DNA from: Phoronis australis
Taxonomy: Eukaryota; Animalia; Phoronida
Reading direction: 5' to 3'
Length of the DNA: 64,000 nt
NCBI GenBank assembly: GCA_002633005.1
Contig: NMRA01000131.1
Span: 297,798 to 361,797, forward strand
This document shows, one piece after another, positions 12,150 through 23,812 of the stretch; position 1 is the stretch's first letter; each line of letters starts with the position of its first letter. The translations under genes and the position numbers were made by a program. The notes below the pieces were generated by a model. It was given only the letters and a program-made list of their open reading frames with translations. It had not been told where the DNA came from and did not search any database.

Positions 12150-13599
12150 CAGTGATGTACGTACCAGACGGCCCAAATTGCCAAGGTTCGACGAGCGCGT
12201 CGATGACATGGTTGACTTCCTAGCCCGATTTGAAACGTTCGCCACAGGCCAGAAATGGGATAAATCAGAGTGGGCTGTGGATTCGAGTCCATTGTTGACG
12301 GGTAAAGGCCTACAGGTATTCAACAACATGCCGTCCGACCAAATTAACAACTACCATCAACTAAAGGTAGCGCTACTGCACATATATAAAGTTACTAACG
12401 ACAGGATTCAAGTCTGAAAAGGGTGAAAACGTGTTACAATTCTTTGTTAAGATTCTTTGAACGATGGACACAACTGGCGGAGGTCGAGGCGACTTATGAT
12501 GGACTCAGAAACTTGCTGATGCAAGAGCAGTTTCTAGGAGTATGCCATCCTGAGATGTCTGTATTCCTGGGGGAACGGAAACCGATTACCTTCGACGAGG
12601 TGCCGGCCATTGCTCAACAGTACATGGACACCCACTGTATTGGTTTATTGGACAAAGGGTTTTCAAAGAAAGACTTGGGTCAAGTAGCCAGAAGACATGC
12701 ATCGCCAAGCAACACAGAGGAACGAAGGACCGAGACTCCTCGTTCAGTGATGACCAGTAACAAGGGTGACCAGGGGCGGATGCAGGATTTTGAGTTAGGG
12801 GGGCCACGGACGGTAATAACCAGAATTTCTGCAGATGCGCGCGCCCAGCCTATAATGTGGGGACGCAAAGGCCTCGAATATTGGGGTTGCGCACCTGTTG
12901 ACGTACAGTTTTTCAATTGTAATCGCAAGGGTCATCTAGCCAGTGACCGCGGAATGAAAGACTCCCAGTCCCAAAATCGTACTCGAAATATAGGTGAGAT
13001 ACATTTCATTTTGAGTATACTCGAAAATTGAGTAGGTGCTCGAAATTTCGAGTACAGATTTTTCGAGTATGACATTGAATACACCGAAGCTGATGGAGTC
13101 TGTACTCGAGTTGAGTATGAATTTTGAGTTTGAGTATGATTCGAGTCTGCCTGCTGACCACAGTATGCCCGTTTGTGACAGTTACGTCAACAAAACAAAG
13201 GTACGCATTGATACCGGTTGTAGTAGTGCAGCGGTGAAGACGTCCCTAGTCTAAGAAAGTCAAGTGACCGGGAAACAACACGTCTGTGTGTTTATAGATG
13301 GGCCCTTTTGTTCTCATACCAGTATTGACCTCTACCACGTGTTCTTGCTGGTTTGTCTTTCTCAACAAGTTCTGTGAGTTTACTTAGGGAAGTATAATGT
13401 TGTTGCTCGTCCTTCAACTTGCTGACATCGAGACTGTCCACACCGGATGGAGTCACCGCGAAGGGTTTAAGGGTTTTTTCTCTCTTCTTAGCCTGTGCTC
13501 TAGTAGTAACTGCGGACATGACACTGTCTTGTGGCTGCCAAGCTGACGCCAACAGCATTCCCTATGATGAGGTCGTAGATCGGTATTCGCATGCTCATT

Positions 13600-14360
13600 A
13601 GGCTCACAACTTGAGAGACACAGAACGACGCATTTCAACAAATTTAACTATTCCCACTAATCGCTGCGCCACATGGGCGGACAGGCTGATAACAAACATG
13701 ACGTCAGCAACAGACTAACAACTTGAGAGACACAGCGGGAACACACATTTCAACTAAATCAACTATTCCTACTAATCGCCCCGCCACCTGCAGGCAGACA
13801 GATAAAGTACATGACGCCAGCAAAAGGCTCACCAGGCTCACAACTTCAGAGACACATAACAAGCAGTTAACTAATTCAACTATTCCCACTAATCGATACG
13901 CCACCTGTGGGCTGTTAGATAAGGTAGATGACGTCATCAACAAGCTCACAATTTTATAGACACCAAATACGCACTTTAACTAGTTCAACTATACCCAGCA
14001 ATCGCTGCACCACCTGAAGGCAAGTCCGTGACTCAGGTCTTTCTTTCTCACAATGCCAGTAATACTTCAGATGGCGCTACAATTGGTAGAATTAGTTGAA
14101 TCAGTTGAATAGCTCAGTGCTGGATACTGGGGTTGAGATGACTTGGAATTAGTTGGATTCAACTAAAATCAACTAATTCAACTATTTCTACTAATCGCTG
14201 CGCCACCTTTGGACAGGTAGATAACTTACATGACGTCATCCACAAACTCATAATGTTAGAGACGCCAATCACGCGTTTCAACTAATTCAAGTATTCCCAC
14301 TAATCGCTGTGCCACCTGCAGGGTCAGTTTGATAACACTTGTTGTCAGCAACAGGTTTGC
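13600..14360. repeat. ~120-bp tandem repeat array (about 6 degenerate units, one inverted)
   Basis: Recurring AACTAATTCAACTATTCCCACTAATCGCTGCGCCACCTG near 13638, 13752, 13868, 13978, 14171 and 14280; reverse-oriented copy at about 14065-14110. Confidence 0.75.
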
Positions 14361-14527
14361 ATCAGTGGTTATGACAGGATAACTTGATATAAGTTCAGAT
14401 TAGTTGGGTACAACTAAATATTCTGACATGTATGATTTATGGAAGAACCGTTCCAGCGTATCGCTGTTGATTTGATTGGTTCTGTGCCGCCAGTCACAGA
14501 GAGAGACAATTGGTACATTTTCACCAT

Positions 14528-16990
14528 TAGTCGGTGGACCAGATCTCATAGCGTTCAACCTTGTGAGTACTTTGGGGGGGCAACCTAGTAGTTTTTTCTA
14601 TGTGGCTAGATAATATACTTATAAATCAAATTCCAAAAAAATTCCCACGTCTACACTTGCAAATTTTTTAAAAAAAAGATGTTTTTGTTGCACAAAATAT
14701 GATGCACATTCCTGCCACTTGATGGCGCTTTTCTATTGAATTGACCAATCAGAGAGCCAGATTGTATTGTTGTGCTCAGTTACTTCAATATGGCTGCTCC
14801 CATGGAGTGTGATGCCTGTATGATTCAAGGTTTATCAACAGCACAAAATTGTGATGTCAGAGCTTAAAGAAGCTTAGGAAAGCTTCCTGACGAAAGCTGA
14901 TTGACTGTGGAACTCTGTAGATCAGTAGATCAAAAAGAATAAGAGGTGTCACAAACGTTTGTGCAGAAAACAGCTGCATGTCCTGGTAGCCTACACAGTA
15001 TACTACTGCTGAGTGCTGTAGACTAGAAGACCAAGTGTCGACCAAAAAATTGAAAGGACATAGAACGGCATAGCAACGTTTCAAGGCACTAACAGTAGTA
15101 CTAAAGCTGAAGTTGCTGAAAGTGATACAGATGTTATCCAAGATTTCCCAAGAAAATCAATTATACTTCCAAAAATCTGAAACACCCAATTAACCTGAAC
15201 AAGATAGGAACATTCTGAAACATGAGCGCATCATTTGTTAGCAGGAAAATTACATTATGGGCCACATTCCAAGAAAGAGAAAGAAGTATAGCTTTCAAAA
15301 ACAGGTACGTGTTTTTTTAAAATACATCTTGGTGTTTTCCATGTGTGTTTCAGTATTATCACCAGTTGTTTTTTAACTTGTTCAGCCCCTTGGCTGCCTA
15401 GGTCTTAGACAATACTGCTGACCCAGTAGAGACGATGATCATACCATAGGTACTTCATATGCCGGATACTTTTCGGCAAATTATGTTCCTATAAGTTTAG
15501 AAGTACCGCGTAGAGAGATGCCTCTGAGGAGGTCGTTAATGTTTTCGTTTGCCAGTTTAAACAAATACTCCTGCAATCCTGTTTTTCGAACACTCCATTC
15601 AGTTGCCACATCGACACTACTTGCGCTAAGGGATAATCCTATGGCGTTATACTGTGGGTGTGATTTTAAAGCACTTTAAGTCAAAAATTTTTGAGAAGGT
15701 TAAATGGAGTAGATGGTTACAAACAACATGCCCAAGTGGCCGTCATCCCCTGCCGTAGTCTCATTTTTTGTAAACATTAATTACTTAGGTAGCTGCAATG
15801 ATAATTAAATTAAAGTGCCTAAGTGGCCATCATCGCCGTCGAAATTTGAGGACGATGGAAGCCACTGTCCATTTCGTCAAACGTCGATTACCTTAAGTGT
15901 AAATCGATTGACTATGGTTTGAGCATCTGATTTAAAAAAATTAAATTTCAATCACTGCACAGGTATATCAGCTGATTTATTTTCAGTTGAATCAAGTGAT
16001 CTAATTATTAGACGATCAACATTATTAGGCTACAGATCAGGCGGCATGTAAATTTGTTAGGCTGGTGGTGGATCAGTTCCTGATAAGTCCGTCTGAAAAG
16101 GTTGCATGCCAACTCACTCATAGTTGAATGTTAAATTAGTGTTAANNNNNNNNNNNNNNNNNNNNNNNNNNNNNNNNNNNNNNNNNNNNNNNNNNNNNNN
16201 NNNNNNNNNNNNNNNNNNNNNNNNNNNNNNNNNNNNNNNNNNNNNNNNNNNNNNNNNNNNNNNNNNNNNNNNNNNNNNNNNNNNNNNNNNNNNNNNNNNN
16301 NNNNNNNNNNNNNNNNNNNNNNNNNNNNNNNNNNNNNNNNNNNNNNNNNNNNNNNNNNNNNNNNNNNNNNNNNNNNNNNNNNNNNNNNNNNNNNNNNNNN
16401 NNNNNNNNNNNNNNNNNNNNNNNNNNNNNNNNNNNNNNNNNNNNNNNNNNNNNNNNNNNNNNNNNNNNNNNNNNNNNNNNNNNNNNNNNNNNNNNNNNNN
16501 NNNNNNNNNNNNNNNNNNNNNNNNNNNNNNNNNNNNNNNNNNNNNNNNNNNNNNNNNNNNNNNNNNNNNNNNNNNNNNNNNNNNNNNNNNNNNNNNNNNN
16601 NNNNNNNNNNNNNNNNNNNNNNNNNNNNNNNNNNNNNNNNNNNNNNNNNNNNNNNNNNNNNNNNNNNNNNNNNNNNNNNNNNNNNNNNNNNNNNNNNNNN
16701 NNNNNNNNNNNNNNNNNNNNNNNNNNNNNNNNNNNNNNNNNNNNNNNNNNNNNNNNNNNNNNNNNNNNNNNNNNNNNNNNNNNNNNNNNNNNNNNNNNNN
16801 NNNNNNNNNNNNNNNNNNNGTAACTTCAAACTCAAATTTCTCAAAAATGTGCAACTTTATATGTGGGAACTTTTTAGATTTTGAAAACACTCTAATAAAT
16901 GAATTAAAAAACATCAAAATAAAATTGCCCCCCTAAAGTACTCACAAAAACCATTTTCTAGAGGCCCTACAAAATCTGGCCCACCGACTA
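14528..16990. mobile_element. Non-autonomous DNA transposon (Academ-like), TAG...CTA termini, 3-bp TSD CAT
   Basis: TIR TAGTCGGTGGACCAGAT / ATCTGGCCCACCGACTA (16/17), degenerate similarity extending ~170 bp. Removing the element plus one CAT restores the integrase frame FTIVDYATRYP. Spans an N gap. Confidence 0.75.
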
Positions 16991-18001
16991 CATCGTGGAC
17001 TACGCCACAAGATACCCAGAGGCAGTGTCTCTACCCAGAATAGAAGCTGAGGGAGTTGCGGAAGCACTGTTTGAAACCTTCTGTAGAATTGGCTTTCCAC
17101 GAGAGATGCTTAGTGACTGTAGGAAGTACTGAAAGAAGTTGCACGGCTAATATCCATGAAGCAATTTTTCACCAATGCATACAATCTGAAATGCAATGAA
17201 TTGTGTGCGAATTAATGGTGTACTGAGGAGTATGTTTATGAAAATGTACCAGGAACGTCCACGAGAGGTACCACAAGTGAGCACAGGTTTCTCACCATTT
17301 GAACTGTTGTATGGTAGAACCGTGCGAGGGCCCATTAAGGTGCTTAAAGTATTATGGACTGGCCAAACACCAATATTACGAAATACTTGTGACATCGTCT
17401 GGAAGAGACATGTGATCTGGTGCGGTAAAACTTACTGGATTTAATCATTCTCTCTCCATCTATACACAATCTCAAAGCATAGCTACCTTTAAACAAACCC
17501 ACAGTCAATTTCTGACACTGTCAAAAAACGATGTTCATTGAAATAGCAATGTACAGTAGCACACGATAGTCCGATGCCATTACTATTCTCCGAGAAAGGA
17601 TTTTATGTCCATGGAACCAAGCTAGGTCTTTATAGTGCAGGGTGCCTAAAAACTAATGTTAACTAGGGTTCAAGGTCATACAAATACTTAGCAAGATTGA
17701 TAAAAGTGGTATATTTTTCATTCTGAGAAAATTTGATCTCTTTGAGTCATTCATTACTACTCTAGTTTTGCGAGTCTCCGTATCCTCTTTCTTCTTTTAG
17801 TCTTGTCAAAAGCGTGCCATGTTCAGTATCACGATTGTCCCCCTGCATGGAGGTTGTGTTATAGTATGTGGGATAGTGAATTGAGTTGAAATCGATGAGA
17901 ATAATCCAAGGCTCCTTCATAAATTTCTACAAGGATGACATTTACCTGAGCTTGGGTGAAATTATAGGTAGTTTTGAGATAACATCAACATTTTCTTGCA
18001 G

Positions 18002-18148
18002 AATGCATTGACAGTACAAAGAGAATGGTTGCAAACGATGGGATTGACAACGACTGCGACGGTAAAATCGACGAGGAAGATGCGAATTTAAAGGACGACG
18101 ACAAAGATGGCCGGATTGACGAGGATACTGCTCAAGGTGAAGCTCAAG
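18002..18148 (+). CDS. Exon of a membrane-anchored protein with acidic DGIDNDCDG repeats (repeat 1)
   Basis: ttttcttgcag acceptor, phase 1; CIDSTKRMVANDGIDNDCDGKIDEEDANLKDDDKDGRIDEDTAQGEAQ; donor G/gtaaat, with an alternative in-phase donor after 18136. Confidence 0.8.
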
Positions 18149-19392
18149 GTAAATCTGATGTACATTGTTTGAGAGCAGACTATGCAGCTGGACAAAACCG
18201 TCGATGGTCATCACAAGACGAGCCGTCGACAAGTAGTGATACTGTCCCAAAGCACTTTGATCTAACGGTCGAGGTAACGCTTAGCAGCAATTCCAAAATG
18301 GAAGTAGGCATTCTGTAACTTTGAAACGGGACTACACAAGTAAATAATTATTTGTAGACAGGGAGTTACTGGTAAAGACCTCTTAGAACATAATTTGACC
18401 TACCTGTGGTAGTTGCGATGCCCAATGAAAAAAAAATATATTGCGTGTGCTTGTCACCATTCTCGTAGTCAGTTTAAAATATTTATGACAGTTTTGTATT
18501 TTCGACAGTTCGATATCACTCTTGATGAGTTGGCGCCGTTTTGAGCTCACAGCAAATTAGGTCAGCATGCAGTGCTAGATTTGTCTGAAGTAAAACGCTT
18601 AGTGACTCATTTTAAAAGTAGCTATGTGCCAATTGAATATGTAAGTACGGGTATTTCGCATTCGACATGGGGCCAAGGTTTTGCACGTGCTGTGCAGATA
18701 GCACTCGTTATTATTTTAGCCACGGTTGAATCAGGTCTTCCAATTTCATTAAAAAATGGCCCCTGCTGGGTTGGCTGGGCATTTTAAGTTCTGTGCTGCA
18801 AGTGAAGACTACGAATGGCATTTGTTTGATTTTTTAATCTGTTCTGAGGTCTGTTAACCGCTGGAGCCACTTTTTGCTCACCTTGGCTTTTATTTAGACT
18901 TGAATTGTCCTGGTTTTTCAAGTTCAAAATCAGCAAAAACTGTTGAGACCCTCCACACTTTTTTGTTAAAAGATGGTTGCACTGTGCATGCTGCATGAGT
19001 CCTTAATTGTTGTGTCTCGCCTCAAAAGCTAAACTTTTATTCATTTTCCGTGTCAGCTACTGAAGATGTATGCTCACACGAAAAACTACAACATTTCAGT
19101 TTGTGCAAGATATTATGGACTTGTCAGTGTATTTAGCGAAATATCTTTTATACTATACGTTTTAATTCAGTAAAAGTATACATTTTCTTAAACTAGAAAG
19201 CCCCATATTTGACTTTATACCAACCTGCTACTAATCATGTCATGTGACCATGTCTTATCAGTAAAATTTAGCAACAAAGAAAGGTCAACATACATCCATA
19301 GCAAAACAACAATATCAATATGAAATGCGATTTAGACAGCCATCGTGTGAAATAAATCGATATAGATCAACTTGCAATTACCATTTTTCCAG

Positions 19393-19530
19393 TTTGCGTG
19401 AATACTGTATCGAACATGGTTGAAGGGGATGGCATCGACAACGACTGTGACGGAAGAGTTGACGAGGAAATCCTCAATGAACAGGATGAAGACGGAGACG
19501 GACTAATTGATGAAGACAACCAATTTGGAA
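19393..19530 (+). CDS. Exon of the same protein (repeat 2)
   Basis: tttttccag acceptor, phase 1; CVNTVSNMVEGDGIDNDCDGRVDEEILNEQDEDGDGLIDEDNQFG; donor A/gtaagt, phase 1. Confidence 0.85.
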
Positions 19531-21933
19531 GTAAGTGAGCGTAATGAAGAACCCGGCAAAGGTCAAGAATTATTTAAAGCACCATCTCCAACCAAAACCT
19601 CTTTCAAGGAGGTGAACAATCGAATTTTATGACTGTCTACATCTCATGCGTTCATGGATTTTAGACTACATTAGTTTTTGACGTGCTACAACTACCGACT
19701 TATTGGTGACAATAGAAGGGGGGGATGTGCAGCGCTGGGCCTACCATGGTCTTGAGATCTCTGTCGGCTGCCACAGGAGGGGGGAAAGTGCGCGGAGAGT
19801 CGTCTTTTACAGGCATGAAGAATGGGCGACTATTGAGGCTGTAGTAACACCAACTTGACTGAGAACGTCTCTACATGTATGTTCAAATTTTCTAAATACG
19901 TGAAAGTTACACAGAAATCGCATCGGTTTGTGCGCAGCTCGAGTGTGGAATTTCATTATGGAATGCGATTCAGTCGGCAGCCACACTTTGCTCGGTACAT
20001 TTCGAGAAATCGGGTCACGACCAAACATAAAAGCAGTGTTACTCACCATATTATAGGTGTATTTGCAAATTTTATAAATAACGAACAAGCTGCTTCCATT
20101 CTAGGGCGAGTTAAGGCAGGCCCTCATCCCCAGCCCAGATCTAGTGCTACGACACGTAAGCTTATGCATCATGTTTAGACCGAGCTCATTCCATCATGGC
20201 AATAGTGACTCAGGTTTATTGTGGCATTTGTCGGTGATTATTAAGTGTATATTTTGTAAATATTGACCACCCCTTGGTTGACTTGGATGTGACTCACATA
20301 TGTCTGCAGCATTACCGTGCAAGTGGGTTGAGTTCATACGGCCTCAAAACCGACGAAAGTTCGCTAAGGGGGAAATCGAACTCATTGTCTGATTCTTCGA
20401 GTGTGATGTCCGTGTCCACTCTTCTCTCTTTTTTCTTAATAATTGTCCAGTTCTCGCTCAAAATCGTCCTCGTCTTCCGATTTACTGTGTTCCGCCATTG
20501 CAATTGATTGTCAAGTGACCAAAGGTGTTCCACCCATTACATCATTTGGCGAAAAATTTGGAAATTACTAATTTTTCTTCAAAATCAAAAAAAATCGCGA
20601 CTATTTGATAAAAAGGTGCTCTTTAGTTAGATTTTATGGTATTCATTTCCCATTAGCTTACTGAAACCTCAAAAACTAAGAAAATGCATGGTAGGAACTC
20701 TTTAAGACTTTGTTTTTAAATTTTATGTAAAAATACATAGTTCACCAACACTTATATGCTCCACAAAACTGAATTTGTGACTAAAAGTTGACGCTGAGTG
20801 GGCGTTTATTCGGTGTAATTTTATGAATAAACCCCCATGGACGTTTCATGGGGTGGGCTTATCTGCGGAAAATTCCGGTAATTCTGTCAATTGCGTTCGT
20901 GCGAAATAAGAAAGTGGAAAATTATCGTCGGCATGATGTATTCATTGAGGTACATCTCCTGTGGAATTAATTTTAGAAGTTCATGGGCTGTTTACTGTAT
21001 CCGTGGGAAGTATTCTTAGAACAGAAAGTTGGAGCTAATGTAGGCCTACAAATGTTAGTATTCCCAAAAACGTATTTTGCACTTTTTAAGTGCCAGTCTG
21101 TCATCTGATAACTTTGCCCGATTCTTTTATAACATTCATTAACCACTTTATAAAACAGCAGTTTCGTAATAGAACCCCGTGCTGGCGGTATAAGAAAGAT
21201 AAGCCGCTTTCCAATCGTCATTTGAAGAAATTATGTGGTGCAAAGTTGGGCAAATCTTGATAATTCGAAAATTCAAAACACATCACTTATAATGACTACG
21301 TGATGTAAATTTTGTTTGATTTCTCGCGGTTACTTCAGCATATACACTCCTTAGTTACATTCTTGGACAGGTTAGAGATACGTTGCAAATAATCATGTGT
21401 TTATTTGTTTTTCAGTGTAAACATGCATACAGACACATTACTGACAACGAGTTAATTTATATCAATCAAATCCTTTAGAAACATTTTCTCAGCGCCTCAT
21501 GAATGTTGTGGTTGGAAGATATAGTACATTTAGCCGGATGCAATTCACGAAGTCAGGCACCAACATTCCTACGCACATGACTCTGATTGTTTGGTATGGA
21601 GGTTCGTTGACAATGGGTCACAAAGGTGTATCCACTGCAGCCGGTACACTCCGATTGGGCTAGTCATGTGTATTTAGTAGTATCCTTTACGATGTACCTC
21701 TCTGGAACATCTCTCACTCAACTCAAACCGTTTTGTGATTATTCTTGAAGCCGTGAACCCACTCACTGTCGCGCTTAGTTTTGTGAATTCACAACAGATG
21801 GCGAAAGCGTAGTTTGTGGGCTCACCTTTGTCATGAAAAACCGACTTAATTTCTCTCCTGAATTTCGGTCTTAACTTATACAGATTATAATAGTAACTAT
21901 TTTTAATAATAAATTTTCGGTTTTCGCTTGTAG

Positions 21934-22103
21934 GTTGGTCTGCGGAAAACGAAGAAGGTGGGGGAGCGAAAAAACAGAAGAAGAAAGGATTCATAAAAGG
22001 ATATTTGCGGTGGCTGCTGATAGCCGCCGGTGCCATAGTGGTATTAGGTGTCGTTTCCGTCTGTTTCCGTAAGTGCAAATCTGACGATGATGACTCTTCA
22101 TGA
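21934..22103 (+). CDS. Terminal exon: transmembrane helix and short tail
   Basis: cttgtag acceptor in matching phase; WSAENEEGGGAKKQKKKGFIKGYLRWLLIAAGAIVVLGVVSVCFRKCKSDDDDSS*. Confidence 0.75.
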
Positions 22104-22304
22104 AGCGGCGCCTTGTGATGTCATGTCATGACATCAAGAAATGTCACGAAGAGAAGGACGTTTGTATAGCACAAAGTTGGAAAGAAAAATCTCATGTCGC
22201 TTACAGTTACGAGTCCAATTTTGTTATTGAGTTGTTATTTAGTCCCTTATTTAGTTTAGTTACAGAAACAGTCATTCAACCAAAAGTTATTTGCCACCAA
22301 ATGA

Positions 22305-22310
22305 AATAAA
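22305..22310 (+). promoter_or_regulatory. Candidate polyadenylation signal of the plus-strand gene
   Basis: AATAAA about 200 nt after the stop; two further AATAAA at about 22366-22381. Confidence 0.45.
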
Positions 22311-22670
22311 GAGTCACCTCTAAAATCAGACTACATGGCCTAATTAGGATTTTCCCGTGCAAACAAATAAACAAAATAAAAAATTAGGAGATGTGGATTT
22401 TAGTCTCAAAATGCATCTTGTGTCAGGTATTGAAGAATCGAATGTTGATAGTGAGGAATGCTGGAAGCTCAAACAAATTCGCTGCATTTGTCGCCGTTAC
22501 TGCACTATCCACTTAGCCCCATAGTACGCCCTGCATAATCATTTGATAATTCCATTATCATCTTAATTATGTGTTCGCTTTAAAAATATATATTCAGTCC
22601 TATGAGGATTATGCGGTAAAAAATCGTCAGGTTAGTAACTTATCTGTACAGTAATTTTTTAGATAAATTA

Positions 22671-22964
22671 CAGGGGCGGATCCAGGACTTTGAGTTAGGG
22701 GGGCCAGGGCACAGGATTATACAGAATTTCGCGCCCAGCCTAAAATGTAGGGATGTAGGGGTCTCAAAATTTTGGATTTGCGGACCTTTTGACTAAAAAA
22801 ACGGTAAACGGGGTTTCTTCAGGGCCTATGCATTGTTTATTCACCCCCGAGGCCCCCTGGTTCCGCGCATGTGCTAGTCAGCAAGTAGCACCCGAACTGC
22901 CAAATGGTATCTGGTAGAATTTTAGGGGGGGCATGGCCCCTTGCCCCTCCAAAATCCGCCACTG
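22671..22964 (+). mobile_element. MITE (CAGGGGCGGAT family)
   Basis: TIRs CAGGGGCGGAT...ATCCGCCACTG, flanks AATTA/AACTA; homologous to 3920-4226. Confidence 0.8.
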
Positions 22965-23421
22965 AACTAGTCAACTCCAAAACTGTGCAAAGTTTCCATG
23001 CATCAATTCGTGACTGAATATCCATTTGTTTCTCATCAGACTTCAGGTTTTAATAGAGGCTCGGCAAAATCGAGGTGCTGCTCAATCTCCTTTGACGAAT
23101 CGTGGCGACTTTAATGCGCAAATCCGTTACATTAATTCCTTCAGAAATCCGACATATTTGGGACGATGAGTTTGTAGCTGAACTTGTGACCTACTTTTCA
23201 TTTGGCGAAATTTAGCTGGCTGCGGAATAAGAATATCGGTGAACCTCCACTGATTTTGTTCAAAATATCCTGAAATCTATGTCGTACAGATAATTACGAC
23301 TTTAAGGTACCTACCCAGCTTTTTATGAACATATCGCATCAGTGGCCTTGTTATTTGTCTGGTGAAGGTGCACCGTGTGGGTTCTTCGATGTTCGCTGGC
23401 TCCGAATTACTTTTCCTGGAA

Positions 23422-23681
23422 CATGCGCGCACCCAGCCCAAAAAATAGGGGCTCGAATTTTTGAGAATACAGACCTTTTACTAAGATTCACGGTGTACCT
23501 TCAGAGCTATGAATTGTGAATTCGCCGAATTTTGGTTGTGCCTACCTTTTTAGTGGACCTTTGTTGTGTCGGTTTCTACTGGCTTTCGGAGTTTTTGTTT
23601 CTCTTAGGCGGACCTTTTTGGCTCCTTCACCAAATAGGAGGACTCCTTCGAACCCCCGGGCCCCCCCCGGGTGCGTGCATG
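23422..23681 (+). mobile_element. MITE (CATGCGCGCACCC family)
   Basis: TIRs CATGCGCGCACCC...GGGTGCGTGCATG, flanks TGGAA/TGGGA; homologous to 56134-56356. Confidence 0.75.
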
Positions 23682-23812
23682 TGGGACACTTGTTTTCTAT
23701 CGTCACCTTTACAAATCCTCACATCGTGAACGCACAATTTTCTGCTGAAAAGCATCGCCTGTTTTCGAGTAGTGCAAAAACACTTATCGATTCCTTCAGG
23801 AACGTCGTTTAA

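Larger units (their letters stand above)
10380..17517 (+). mobile_element. Decayed Gmr1-like Gypsy retrotransposon B (coiled-coil gag, SCAN-like domain, zinc knuckle, protease, integrase, LTR end), multiply interrupted
   Basis: Coiled coil EREERTLKRELEQAERAHKQE (10400-10690); PKLPRFDERVDDMVDFLARFETFA; LRNLLMQEQFLGVCHPEMSVFLGERKP; CNRKGHLA; RIDTGCS; EEPFQRIAVDLIG...IVDYATRYPEAVSL; STGFSPFELLYGRTVRGP. No RT was seen between protease and integrase. Confidence 0.8.

Noticed and set aside
13600-14360. Repeat-spacer-like periodicity suggesting a CRISPR array
   Set aside because: Units are similar along their whole length and degenerate, the context is eukaryotic, and there are no cas genes; it is a satellite.
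16114-16936. Three long ORFs of X residues
   Set aside because: Artefacts of the N gap at 16146-16819.
19574-20705. TTAA-bounded segment with an RPYELNP stub, possibly another Kolobok-like element
   Set aside because: Terminal inverted repeats could not be matched convincingly.
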